Of a DNA stretch of 64,000 nucleotides, positions 10,679-20,143 are shown one piece after another. The stretch is taken from positions 1 to 64,000 of IMG/VR virus record IMGVR_UViG_3300022890_000011; one strand, 5' to 3'. The first letter of the stretch is position 1. Every line of letters starts with the position of its first letter. Source of the stretch: a virus. The translations under genes were made by a program, and so were the position numbers. The notes beneath the pieces were generated by a model. It ran no database searches and was not told the DNA's origin. It saw only the letters and a list, made by a program, of their open reading frames with translations.

Positions 10679-10873
10679 ATGACAATAGAAGAATTAAGAA
10701 AAACACAATTTAGAAAAGGCGATAAAGCAAAATACTACAATGTTATTGCTGAAATAATAGAAATTGAACACACCGAAGCCCTGTTAGGATTACGACAAGG
10801 CAATGATGAAATAGAGTGGGTAAGATGTGAAAATATCACATATATCCCTTGTGTGTTGGCAAATGAACGCTAA
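10679..10873 (+). CDS. Cassette-borne small hypothetical protein
   Basis: MTIEELRKTQF...WVRCENI...ANER; the stop codon lies inside CGCTAAC of attC-like site 2. Confidence 0.65.
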   Translation: MTIEELRKTQFRKGDKAKYYNVIAEIIEIEHTEALLGLRQGNDEIEWVRCENITYIPCVLANER

Positions 10874-10929
10874 CAATGTATATGATTTCGGTTGTTTTTC
10901 ACAACTGAATTATATACTAAACGTTATGT
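10868..10929 (+). mobile_element. attC-like site 2
   Basis: CGCTAAC ... GTATATGATTTCGGTTG/CAACTGAATTATATAC stem with bulged base ... GTTATGT (62 bp). Confidence 0.7.
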
Positions 10930-11059
10930 GTAGGTGTGGTTGGGTTTTTGCTAAATTTAATTTGGAGAACTGAAAGAAATTTTAGAAAAAAGGAGGTTGA
11001 AAACTCACAAACAACATTTTTATTAATATATAGAATATAAAATCAATAAAACTACATAA

Positions 11060-11586
11060 ATGATACAATTAAAAAGATATGAAAGTTTTAAAGCCTTATT
11101 GAAACCTAGTTTTAGTTATTGGTTTTCAATAAAAATAAATAGTGAAGGTGAAGCAAAAAAGGTCCTTGAAAAATTATTTGAAAATAATTATATTTGGCAA
11201 AGTAGTAGTTCCTTCAAAAGTGAAGATTTTATTCATCTTAATTCAAAATATAAAAAAAACTTATTAATGTGTTCAAACCATTCAAACCTTATAAATTACC
11301 TATGACAATGACTATTTATACTGGTGATGAATATAGTAATTTTGATAATTATGAATATAATATGTATGAAATAGAAATATGGTATAGAAAAAAAATGTGG
11401 GTAAGAGATTCATCTGGGCCATTAGTGCGATTAAATACTAAAAGTTCTAGGGAAAATAATATTATTAGTTTTGAATTAAAAAATCTTGAAAATAAAAATA
11501 TTAATGAAATATGTGACAAAGTAATGTCTATGAGTGATGAAGATATAAAGGCGCAAGTAGAAGCAAAAAAATTGAACTTATTATAA
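11060..11586 (+). CDS. Doubly tagged protein split by a -1 frameshift (ORFs 11060-11305 and 11269-11586)
   Basis: Leader MIQLKRYESF on the first ORF, tag EAKKLNLL on the second; in-phase A_AAA_AAC at 11254-11260 joins them. Confidence 0.6.
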
Positions 11587-11883
11587 ATGAATCATGTTAA
11601 ATTATATGAATCAGTGGGTAAAAAAGCAACATTTGTTTATGATGCAGAAGAACAATTTAGCTTAGTTATTTATATAGATAATAAATTATTAGGTATTTTT
11701 AGTGATACTTATATAAGTGATATGATGATACTAATGGATATGCTTGGTTATACTTGTGAATCACTTGAACTTGAAAATAAAGACTTAATTGATTGGTGGT
11801 TAAGTTTACCAAATAAAAAATGTCCGAAAACTCTCGATGAAATAAAAACTAGAATTGAAGGTAGTAAATTAGGTTTATTATAA
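11587..11883 (+). CDS. Doubly tagged hypothetical protein
   Basis: MNHVKLYES ... IEGSKLGLL. Confidence 0.75.
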   Translation: MNHVKLYESVGKKATFVYDAEEQFSLVIYIDNKLLGIFSDTYISDMMILMDMLGYTCESLELENKDLIDWWLSLPNKKCPKTLDEIKTRIEGSKLGLL

Positions 11884-12309
11884 CAATCCCATTTTCTTAG
11901 TCTCAATTTTTTCCCTTAATTCTTTTAAATCAACACTAATACAATTAGTTTCTACTGTGCCTAATTCCCAAGGATCACTAATAAAAAATTCTACAGAATT
12001 ACCTTTAACATTCAGTATTTCCATTCCTGGACTTGAAGACCAATCTTCATTTTCTTTATGTATATCAGAATCACTTACAATAACATAATCAATTTCATAA
12101 CCTATTTTTTCCCATAATGAATCATCTTTAAAAATATCTTCACCAGTAGCAAATAATTGTACATCATTAGCAACAACTTTAACTGATATTACATCGTCTC
12201 TTTTCAAAATTGAATAATCTTTTTTGAAAACATTATAAAAATCATCTGTTATAGGTATTAAACAAACACCTCTATCCTCACTTCTACAATACATTGTAGC
12301 TACATACAT
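11878..12309 (-). CDS. C-tagged hypothetical protein
   Basis: Ends IETKKMGLL; tail-to-tail with another GLL gene. Confidence 0.7.
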   Translation of the reverse strand: MYVATMYCRSEDRGVCLIPITDDFYNVFKKDYSILKRDDVISVKVVANDVQLFATGEDIFKDDSLWEKIGYEIDYVIVSDSDIHKENEDWSSSPGMEILNVKGNSVEFFISDPWELGTVETNCISVDLKELREKIETKKMGLL

Positions 12310-12311
12310 AA

Positions 12312-12806
12312 TTAATTGTAATTTTTTCTAAAAGCAATATTATTTAATAATCTTCTTACTCTTATATTTGGTTGTATTTGTGGATTAGTTTTCTTAAATT
12401 TCTTGTAATCAAAATTAAAATAATTAACAATAAACTCACCAATACCAGCACTTCTACTAATACCAGCCATACAATGGATAATAATAGTACTTACAGTTTC
12501 TGGTAAATTATCTAAGAATTCAATTACTTTTTCTGCCATCTTTACATCAAATACTTTACCTTGAATTTCATATTCACAATCATCAAATTCAAGATTTAAA
12601 ACATTTGCATGATCTCTTTCAAAATAATGTTCTTTAGTACAACGAAATAATTGGCTATAATAATCTAAATCATCAGCAGTATAATCAATTATTGATATAA
12701 AAGCATATTGATCCCATGTTTCTACATTAGAATCATCCAATTTATTATCTGACATTGTTTCATCGAAAGCTTTTTTATTGATTATATAAATATTTTCTAA
12801 ATTCAT
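12312..12806 (-). CDS. Cys-based dual-specificity/tyrosine protein phosphatase
   Basis: P-loop HCMAGISRS; LNLEFDD acid loop. Confidence 0.88.
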   Translation of the reverse strand: MNLENIYIINKKAFDETMSDNKLDDSNVETWDQYAFISIIDYTADDLDYYSQLFRCTKEHYFERDHANVLNLEFDDCEYEIQGKVFDVKMAEKVIEFLDNLPETVSTIIIHCMAGISRSAGIGEFIVNYFNFDYKKFKKTNPQIQPNIRVRRLLNNIAFRKNYN

Positions 12807-12810
12807 GTTA

Positions 12811-13207
12811 TTATATATTTATTATATTATTTGATTTTTTAGTATTACACTCAGAACAAGAAGGTACAAGATTTTCAGTATCAAATTTTAAACCACCTTT
12901 ATCTAAAGGCGTAACATGATCAATCGATAAATTTATTGTTTTTACCATTAATTCCTCTGGGACCCATTTCTTTTTCATCATTACAATAATTGCAATTCCA
13001 ACAACCATTTTCATTCTTTCTATGTCTTAAAAAAGTTCTTCTAAAAATAAACCAATATCTCCAATCATAATCATAACGTCTAGAATCATCTTTTTTGATT
13101 AATCTTTTGGTAAGTAATAACATTGCAGCATAAGACTTCGGATGTGGGTTTTTCGGTACTTCATGAATTATACTTCTATTTCGAGATGTTTTTTGTTTTA
13201 CTATCAT
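12811..13207 (-). pseudogene. HNH endonuclease with a 1-nt frameshift
   Basis: CNYC in one frame and SIDHVTPLDKGG...NLVPSCSECNTKKS in another; they join near 12928-12935. Confidence 0.75.
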
Positions 13208-13308
13208 AATCTTATAATATAAGGAATTTATTTTAAAATTAAAAATTCAATATATAAATCCAAAATTAACTTTATAAAGCATCTAAAAAATCTTCATTTT
13301 CAGGATCT

Positions 13309-14058
13309 TTAATTATTTAATGTTATAGGTAATAAGAAATTTAATACAAATCTTTCCATATCAGATATTTTAATCGTATCTATATTATCTTTCAATTTAT
13401 GACAATTTTCAAAATGAGTGTAATCAATTTCACCACCAACACTTGGACAAATAGATACAATTTCAGAATCAATACCTTTTTTATTTAAATATAAAGAATC
13501 ATTTAATCCAATAATTTTATTTGTTGTAACGTCAAAGTTTTGTGTGATTTTTTTATATAATTCTTTGTTTGAATAATTTGACACCATAACCTTGTCTCCT
13601 AAACCTGTCAATTCAAGATTAAGAATCCATTTAATATCTTTAAAAGGGCTATCTATCCTTGAAATATTTCTTGCTAACTGTTTAGCACCTTCACAACCAA
13701 CTTCTTCAGCATCAGCCAATACAACATTTACTTCAGGATTCAACACTTTAAGAGCAATAGCATTAAGAACAGAAGCACTATTATCATTTGCATTATCAGA
13801 ATCTAAATTAGCAATATCATAATGAGCAATTACCATTTTATCACTTTTTCCTTTTAAACACAAATTTCTAACAACTTCATCTTTTTCATCACCATAAACA
13901 TCAACAAAGTAATCTATCTTTAATTCTTTCACTAGGGAAATTAACCATTTCAATCTATTAGAATACACTTCAACTTGATACAAAGTATCAAATGTTTCTT
14001 TTACTTTTGTAAAATCGCCTATTCTATTTAATATATTCTTGATTTTTTTCATTTGCAT
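13309..14058 (-). CDS. M28-family zinc peptidase
   Basis: AHYD, ANDNSAS, DAEEVG..GA, LNLE, C-terminal H...D. Confidence 0.85.
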   Translation of the reverse strand: MQMKKIKNILNRIGDFTKVKETFDTLYQVEVYSNRLKWLISLVKELKIDYFVDVYGDEKDEVVRNLCLKGKSDKMVIAHYDIANLDSDNANDNSASVLNAIALKVLNPEVNVVLADAEEVGCEGAKQLARNISRIDSPFKDIKWILNLELTGLGDKVMVSNYSNKELYKKITQNFDVTTNKIIGLNDSLYLNKKGIDSEIVSICPSVGGEIDYTHFENCHKLKDNIDTIKISDMERFVLNFLLPITLNN

Positions 14059-14107
14059 TTTTATATATAAATATAGTCAAAATAACTAAGAAAAAAAAAA
14101 TTCTATT

Positions 14108-14872
14108 ATGAAATATCTCAAAACATTACACGAGTTTCTTGGCGCTGCACTAAATAAATCAAAAGAACAACAAACAGCATTCGCCCAAAAAGTATCAAAT
14201 AAAATATATGGTGATAATAAATTTAATGTCAAATATTTAGGCGAAGGTGGTCAAGGCACTTCATTTGATATTGGAAATAAAGTACTCAAATTAACAAAAG
14301 ATAAAAATGAAACCGGTAATGCTATTAAATCAATGAAACATAACTTCAAACATATAATTAAATACTATTCAGTTTATAAAATTAAAGTTCCTGATACTGT
14401 GCAAGATCAAATATTAAATAAATTCTACGTTTTAACAATGGATAAAATCAAAACATTCGAAAAAGGTCATATTATTCAAAAATTATTAAACTCATTTGCA
14501 TGTCCAGATGATAGTGGAAATATAAATTATAAACTTGCTAATTTTGGTATGACACAATATAAAGGTAAAAAAACTTCTGGTGAATGGAATTTTGAAAAAT
14601 TTAAAGAAATAAACACATTAGAAAAAGTATGTAAAAGAAAAGGATTAAATCCTGACGAAGTTAAAGGATTTCATGAACAATTAATAGCAATGATGAAAGA
14701 ATCAATGGAAAATAATATATTATTGGTTGATATGGATTATGGTAATGTTGGTATGCAAGGTAACACTTTAGTTGTATTTGATATGGGTGGAATGGGTGCT
14801 TGTCCAGAAAAAAAATCTATTCTTAAAGAATTAAAAATAATTACATTAGAAGACGAAAATTTATTTGAATAA
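14108..14872 (+). CDS. Protein-kinase-like protein with CTS-like leader
   Basis: LGEGGQG loop, VLKLT..E, DMDYGN catalytic-loop-like segment, VVFDMG; N-terminus MKYLKTLHEF. Confidence 0.7.
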   Translation: MKYLKTLHEFLGAALNKSKEQQTAFAQKVSNKIYGDNKFNVKYLGEGGQGTSFDIGNKVLKLTKDKNETGNAIKSMKHNFKHIIKYYSVYKIKVPDTVQDQILNKFYVLTMDKIKTFEKGHIIQKLLNSFACPDDSGNINYKLANFGMTQYKGKKTSGEWNFEKFKEINTLEKVCKRKGLNPDEVKGFHEQLIAMMKESMENNILLVDMDYGNVGMQGNTLVVFDMGGMGACPEKKSILKELKIITLEDENLFE

Positions 14873-14889
14873 AATTTTTAAAAAGGTTT

Positions 14890-14899
14890 TTAATATATA
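14890..14899 (+). promoter_or_regulatory. TTAATATATA putative late promoter heading the tagged array (one of ~16 copies)
   Basis: The same 10-mer recurs just upstream of gene starts on both strands. Confidence 0.6.
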
Positions 14900-14922
14900 A
14901 ACCTACAAAATAAATCTATAAT

Positions 14923-15192
14923 ATGAAACATTTAAAAAAATTCAACGAACGAGAAATTAAAGATAGAAGCGAAATGCCCGAACAAAAAAGACAAATTGAT
15001 CTTTCAGGACCAGACGGAAACGCTTTTGTTATTTTGGGAATAGCTCAAGATTTATGTAGACAATTAAAAGATATAAACCCAGAAAGATATGATTGGGATA
15101 AAATTAAAACTGAAATGGAATCAGGAGATTATGAAAATTTGATTAATGTTTTTGATAATTATTTTGGTGATTTTGTAGATTTATATAGATAA
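14923..15192 (+). CDS. Leader-tagged small phage protein (GPDGNAF family)
   Basis: MKHLKKFNE; IDLSGPDGNAFVILG...SGDYENL. Confidence 0.75.
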   Translation: MKHLKKFNEREIKDRSEMPEQKRQIDLSGPDGNAFVILGIAQDLCRQLKDINPERYDWDKIKTEMESGDYENLINVFDNYFGDFVDLYR

Positions 15193-15194
15193 TT

Positions 15195-15671
15195 ATGAAG
15201 AAAATTGATAAATATTTAGATTTTATTAAAAAAAATTACAAAGATATTGAAAAAAACAAATCTAAGATTAAAAATATTGTAAAAGATAATAATCTTATTA
15301 AGAATGATATTTTAAGCACTAAACAAAAAATAGAAAAATTGTTAATTTCAAAAATTGTAAAATTTAAAGAAAGAATGAAAAACGATCCAAATAATCCAAA
15401 TTATTTATGTATAGTTATTAAAAAACCATTTTCACATTATGATTATAAAGGATATATAGATGTTTCATATTTAAGGGAAACTGGTGGTTTTAGAATTTAT
15501 TTAAATTACGATAAAGGTAATAATTTACATTTATTGTCATTTAATAAAGATATGGAAGTCTATGATGAATTTAATGAAGATGAACAATTAGAATTAATAA
15601 CAAAATTATATAAATACTTTGATGATGATTTAGAACATTACATTGAAGGAAATAAATTGGGATTAATGTAA
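15195..15671 (+). CDS. Tagged-array protein
   Basis: MKKIDKYLDF ... IEGNKLGLM. Confidence 0.75.
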   Translation: MKKIDKYLDFIKKNYKDIEKNKSKIKNIVKDNNLIKNDILSTKQKIEKLLISKIVKFKERMKNDPNNPNYLCIVIKKPFSHYDYKGYIDVSYLRETGGFRIYLNYDKGNNLHLLSFNKDMEVYDEFNEDEQLELITKLYKYFDDDLEHYIEGNKLGLM

Positions 15672-16046
15672 ATGAAATATTTAAAAACATATGAAAAATC
15701 TAATTTTGATAATTATCTTGATGAATATCTAAGAACAATATCAAAAGAAAATGATTTTCTTTGCTCATATATTGCAAATAATTTCTATTTTACCATATAT
15801 ACAGAATTAATCTATTCTGAAAGTGATGTTGATTCATCAATTAATATAGGTGAATTAGGTGAATTAAAAAGAATCGAAGACAAATTTCAAAAATTTGTTG
15901 ATAAATATATACCAAAAGATGCATCATGTTCTATTGGTATTGATCCTGATACACCATCAATAGATATGACAATTAATTGTTCTAAAGAAGACTTTATTAC
16001 TAAAAATGCACAACATTTAGAAGCTTATAAAATGGGTTTATTATGA
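15672..16046 (+). CDS. Tagged-array protein
   Basis: MKYLKTYE ... LEAYKMGLL. Confidence 0.8.
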   Translation: MKYLKTYEKSNFDNYLDEYLRTISKENDFLCSYIANNFYFTIYTELIYSESDVDSSINIGELGELKRIEDKFQKFVDKYIPKDASCSIGIDPDTPSIDMTINCSKEDFITKNAQHLEAYKMGLL

Positions 16047-16681
16047 AATATTTAAAAACATATGAAAATTACGGCAATAACCAACAACCATTTTGGTTAT
16101 CAATTGATAGCTTGTTCATATCAGATGATATAGTAAAAAATTGTATGGCAAAAGAAAAAGATAGAAATAAATCATATAAAAAATATAATAAATATTGGGT
16201 TGATAAATATTTATTTGCTGAATTTGGTTCTAGAAAAATATATCCTTTTACTATTAACAGTGTAAGATGGGATAAAACACCATTTAAAACTGGTGAAGTA
16301 AAAGGTAATCAATCATATAGAATGGATATACGATTTTCTAAATGGCCAGGAGTAGATAATGAAGTAAAAGTAAATAAGGCAGGTACATTTACATATTTTC
16401 TAAATGGAATATCAGGTGATTCCGAAATGTTTGGTAAAAGTATGATTAATGGTACACGATGGGCAAATTATAATTTCATGTGTAAGTTATATCCAATATT
16501 CAGATATGTTAAAAACGGATATAAAAGACTAAAAGAAGGAGAATTGTTCTTAGATATAATATCAGAACTTTTAGACACTAACCCAGAAATGGCAATACAT
16601 GAAGTACCAGAAGAATTAAAAGATAAATATCCAGACTATTATAATACATTTACAAATGCAAATAAATTAGGATTAATATGA
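16043..16681 (+). CDS. Tagged-array protein
   Basis: MKYLKTYEN ... NANKLGLI. Confidence 0.8.
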   Translation: MKYLKTYENYGNNQQPFWLSIDSLFISDDIVKNCMAKEKDRNKSYKKYNKYWVDKYLFAEFGSRKIYPFTINSVRWDKTPFKTGEVKGNQSYRMDIRFSKWPGVDNEVKVNKAGTFTYFLNGISGDSEMFGKSMINGTRWANYNFMCKLYPIFRYVKNGYKRLKEGELFLDIISELLDTNPEMAIHEVPEELKDKYPDYYNTFTNANKLGLI

Positions 16682-17061
16682 TATATTTGAAGACATATGA
16701 AAATCATAAAGTTTATAAATATAATGTGATGACTACATTAGAAAATGAATTAAAAGATTTTATTGCAAGAAAAATATCATCTTTTGATGGTATTTTAGAA
16801 GTTGATGATGATATTGAAACAGTTGGAGAATTTAATCAAGACATTAAATATAATTATACAGCATATACGATTGGTGCGAACATAAACACAGATCCATTTC
16901 TTATTGAAGATAAAATTGAAGATTTTTTAAAGAATTTAAAACCCAGTAAATATACAATAACAGACAACGGATTTTGTTATACTATTACTTTTTTAATAAA
17001 AAGATCTGATATTAAATACCTAAAACATGTTATTGAAGGAAATAAATTAGGATTATTATGA
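16678..17061 (+). CDS. Tagged-array protein
   Basis: MIYLKTYEN ... IEGNKLGLL. Confidence 0.8.
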   Translation: MIYLKTYENHKVYKYNVMTTLENELKDFIARKISSFDGILEVDDDIETVGEFNQDIKYNYTAYTIGANINTDPFLIEDKIEDFLKNLKPSKYTITDNGFCYTITFLIKRSDIKYLKHVIEGNKLGLL

Positions 17062-17597
17062 AATATTTGAAGACATATTCAGAAAATAAATTAATTAAAG
17101 ATAATTTAAGTGGTGATGGTAAAATATTAAATTTAGCTGATTTAAATCTAAATGAATTACCTGAACTACCAAAAGGGTTAGAAATATTATATTGTTATAA
17201 TAATAAATTAACTAAATTACCTGAATTACCTGAAGGATTAAAAACATTAAAATGTGATAATAACAAATTAACCGAATTACCTGAATTACCTGAAGGATTA
17301 AAAAGATTATCTTGTCATAATAACCAATTAACTGAATTACCTGAATTACCAAAAGGATTAAAAGAATTATATTGTTATAATAACCAACTAACTGAATTAC
17401 CTGAATTACCTAAAGAATTAATACAATTATATTGTCGTAATAACCAACTAACTGAATTACCTGAATTACCTAAAGAATTAATACAATTATATTGTCGTAA
17501 TAACCAATTACCTTATTATAATTTAGATGGTTATTGGAAATGGTTTTGGAAAGAAAATCCAGATCTTTATAATGCAAATAAAATGGGATTATATTAA
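17058..17597 (+). CDS. Tagged leucine-rich-repeat protein (20-aa LPX-type)
   Basis: LTELPELPxGLxxLxCxNN repeats from a 60-bp tandem; MKYLKTYSE ... NANKMGLY. Confidence 0.88.
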   Translation: MKYLKTYSENKLIKDNLSGDGKILNLADLNLNELPELPKGLEILYCYNNKLTKLPELPEGLKTLKCDNNKLTELPELPEGLKRLSCHNNQLTELPELPKGLKELYCYNNQLTELPELPKELIQLYCRNNQLTELPELPKELIQLYCRNNQLPYYNLDGYWKWFWKENPDLYNANKMGLY

Positions 17598-18170
17598 ATG
17601 AAGTATTTAAAGACATATAATCGAATGATAAATGAGATTTCAGTTAATGAGAATCAATATGAAAATACTTTTATACTATATAAAGTGTCTCAATATATTA
17701 AAGATAAATTAGAATTATTTGAAGAAATGTTTAACGAATCAATTATAAATGAAGTTGATGATGATGAAGTTAAAGAACATTTAGATGAATATACTGAATA
17801 TATTGATGAACTAGATCATGATATTGATATTGATGAAATTAGTAGTAAAGAATTAGAAGAAATAATTATTCCAGATGATGTAAAATTCATACATTATGCT
17901 AATTATTCAAATAATTGGCAAATGGAAGAAGAAATGGTTGAACATATATCAGATTGTTTAGTTGATGACGATGTTATAGAATGGGATGATATAGATTACG
18001 AAAAAGATAATGATCCAATAAATGACTTAATTAGAGGTTATATTGGATTATTTGATTATTCTGATTATAAATTTGAAGAGAAATATTCAAATAAAGGAGT
18101 ATATCAAATGGTTAAAAATGACCCTGAATTTATGAAATATGTTGAAGCAAGTAAAATGGGACTATTATGA
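17598..18170 (+). CDS. Tagged-array acidic protein
   Basis: MKYLKTYN ... VEASKMGLL; very D/E rich. Confidence 0.8.
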   Translation: MKYLKTYNRMINEISVNENQYENTFILYKVSQYIKDKLELFEEMFNESIINEVDDDEVKEHLDEYTEYIDELDHDIDIDEISSKELEEIIIPDDVKFIHYANYSNNWQMEEEMVEHISDCLVDDDVIEWDDIDYEKDNDPINDLIRGYIGLFDYSDYKFEEKYSNKGVYQMVKNDPEFMKYVEASKMGLL

Positions 18171-18562
18171 AATATATTAAGAAATACAATGAAAAAGATT
18201 TTAGCGATTTTGAAAAATCAATTAATACATTCTTTAAAGATAAAAATATTATAATTGATAATTATAGAAATATAACAATTTTTATTAAAGATTGGGGTGA
18301 AGAAATGGGTGTTACATTTTGTTTAGAAACAAAGATATCTGATGATGATCATTATCCTTTGATTGCTGAAAACACAAATCAACTTACTGATATTATTCAT
18401 AAAGTTGATAAACTTACTAAATTATTACCAACTATATTAAACACTGAAATAAAAATAAGTTATGAAGATTCAGAAATATGGTTTGAATATACTGTAAATG
18501 TTGGTGAATTCATGGAAAAACACAAAGAATATTTTGACTCTGTTAAAATGGGATTATTATAA
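18167..18562 (+). CDS. Tagged-array protein
   Basis: MKYIKKYNE ... DSVKMGLL. Confidence 0.8.
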   Translation: MKYIKKYNEKDFSDFEKSINTFFKDKNIIIDNYRNITIFIKDWGEEMGVTFCLETKISDDDHYPLIAENTNQLTDIIHKVDKLTKLLPTILNTEIKISYEDSEIWFEYTVNVGEFMEKHKEYFDSVKMGLL

Positions 18563-18576
18563 AAATATATAAGATT

Positions 18577-18906
18577 ATGAATAAATATTTAAAAACATTT
18601 GAAGGTTTCCTTAAACCTAAAAATAAATATGCTGATTTAGAAAACCTTTCTAAAAGCAAATATGGAAACGGCAACGTAGATAAATCTACAGAAGAACGTA
18701 TACTAAATATTGACAATTTCAATAGATGGTTTAATGAAGAATGTAAAAGTTTTGGTGGAAAAGGTGAACCAGGCATATTTGGTAGAAGAGATAAACTATC
18801 TCAATCAGTTGTTGAAGATTATTTTTTTGATCAAGGCGTAGAATGTACTGAAACTGAAATAAATGGTTTTCATAAGAAAATTGAAGAAAATTGGATGAAT
18901 CTTTAA
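18577..18906 (+). CDS. Leader-tagged protein
   Basis: MNKYLKTFEGF. Confidence 0.75.
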   Translation: MNKYLKTFEGFLKPKNKYADLENLSKSKYGNGNVDKSTEERILNIDNFNRWFNEECKSFGGKGEPGIFGRRDKLSQSVVEDYFFDQGVECTETEINGFHKKIEENWMNL

Positions 18907-19322
18907 TGAAATATTTAAAGACATATAATGAAAAAAACGATGTTAAAATTCGAAGTAATGATGGTAAAACATTAGATTTATCTAATTTAGATTTAATTGA
19001 ATTACCTGAATTACCTAAAGGATTAAAATATTTATATTGTGAATATAACCAATTAACTAAATTACCTAAATTACCTGAAGAATTAGTAATATTATATTGT
19101 CATAATAACCAATTAACTAAATTACCTGAATTACCAAAAGGGTTAAAATATTTAGATTGTGATGGTAACAAATTAACTGAATTACCTGAATTACCAAAAG
19201 GGTTAAAATATTTAGATTGTGATGGTAACAAATTACCTTATGATAATTTAGAAGAATATTGGGAATGGTTTTGGAAGGAAAACCCAGACCTTCATAATGC
19301 AAATAAAATGGGACTATATTAA
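18906..19322 (+). CDS. Tagged leucine-rich-repeat protein (paralog 2)
   Basis: True start likely 18906 (TAATG overlap), MKYLKTYNE; LRRs; ends NANKMGLY. Confidence 0.88.
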   Translation: MKYLKTYNEKNDVKIRSNDGKTLDLSNLDLIELPELPKGLKYLYCEYNQLTKLPKLPEELVILYCHNNQLTKLPELPKGLKYLDCDGNKLTELPELPKGLKYLDCDGNKLPYDNLEEYWEWFWKENPDLHNANKMGLY

Positions 19323-19346
19323 ATGGGATTATGGTTAGCAGATAAT

Positions 19347-20073
19347 TTAGGACTTCTCTAATATTTTAACACATTTTTGATATATTCTTTCTCTATTTTC
19401 AGATTCAGGTAAATCTAAATACAATTTTCTTATATAATCTTTTTCTTTAATTAATTCTAAGGTTTTAGGGTAATTTATATCATATATCCAAGAAAATTGA
19501 ATACATTTAAAATCTAATACAGTTTTGAGTTTATTATAATCAACAACTTGTTCATTTTCAATACATTCAACAACATCATCAGATATTTCTAATATAGGTT
19601 CATAACCTGGCATTGTCATATTACCTTTATAATATTTAAAATAAACTCTAAATATGTCTAATTTATCAGCATCTCTTATAAGTTTGATAAATTTTAAAGT
19701 ATAATCATCATATTCTTTTGTTATTTTAATTTTATTGTGTTCAAATGTGCATATAGACATTAATTCTTTAAGAGAATTTTCAATATCTAAATTATTGATA
19801 ATAATTGAACCTTCTAAACCATGTTCAAAATTATCATCATCATGATATGTATTAAACTTTGATAATTGTTCAAATCTGGCTATATCATGATATAACCCTA
19901 TTAATTTAGCAATTTCAATTTCTTCTTTAGTAAAATTAAGTGATTTGGCTAAAATGACACAAATATCTGAAACTATTTTTAGAATGTTCTAATTTTAATT
20001 CTAGTTTATCTATATTGTTACCAAATTTAATATAATTATTAACATATTTATCAAAATGTTGGTATAAATTCAT
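19347..20073 (-). pseudogene. HD-domain phosphohydrolase with a 1-nt frameshift
   Basis: ATG 20073 MNLYQHFDKYV...LKLEHSK, then an extra A in the run at 19976-19980; continues IVSDIC...GLYHDIARFEQ...HG...EHNK...IRDADKLDIF. Confidence 0.75.
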
Positions 20074-20143
20074 TAAATTTTTAACGATTATTTTTAATTG
20101 ATCTTTGTTTTTTAATATATAAATTTAAAATTAATTAGTTGTT

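Noticed and set aside
15650-18190. C-terminal GLL explained as a Shine-Dalgarno (GGA) for the next gene
   Set aside because: The tag also occurs with GGT codons and in convergent genes with no downstream partner; other genes lack SD.
17140-19240. Diversity-generating retroelement TR/VR pair in the LRR genes
   Set aside because: No reverse transcriptase in the window; both copies are coding and differences are not confined to adenines.
15650-19330. CRISPR array formed by the repeated junction sequence
   Set aside because: Repeats are degenerate and coding, and the spacers are 350-640-bp ORFs; no cas genes.
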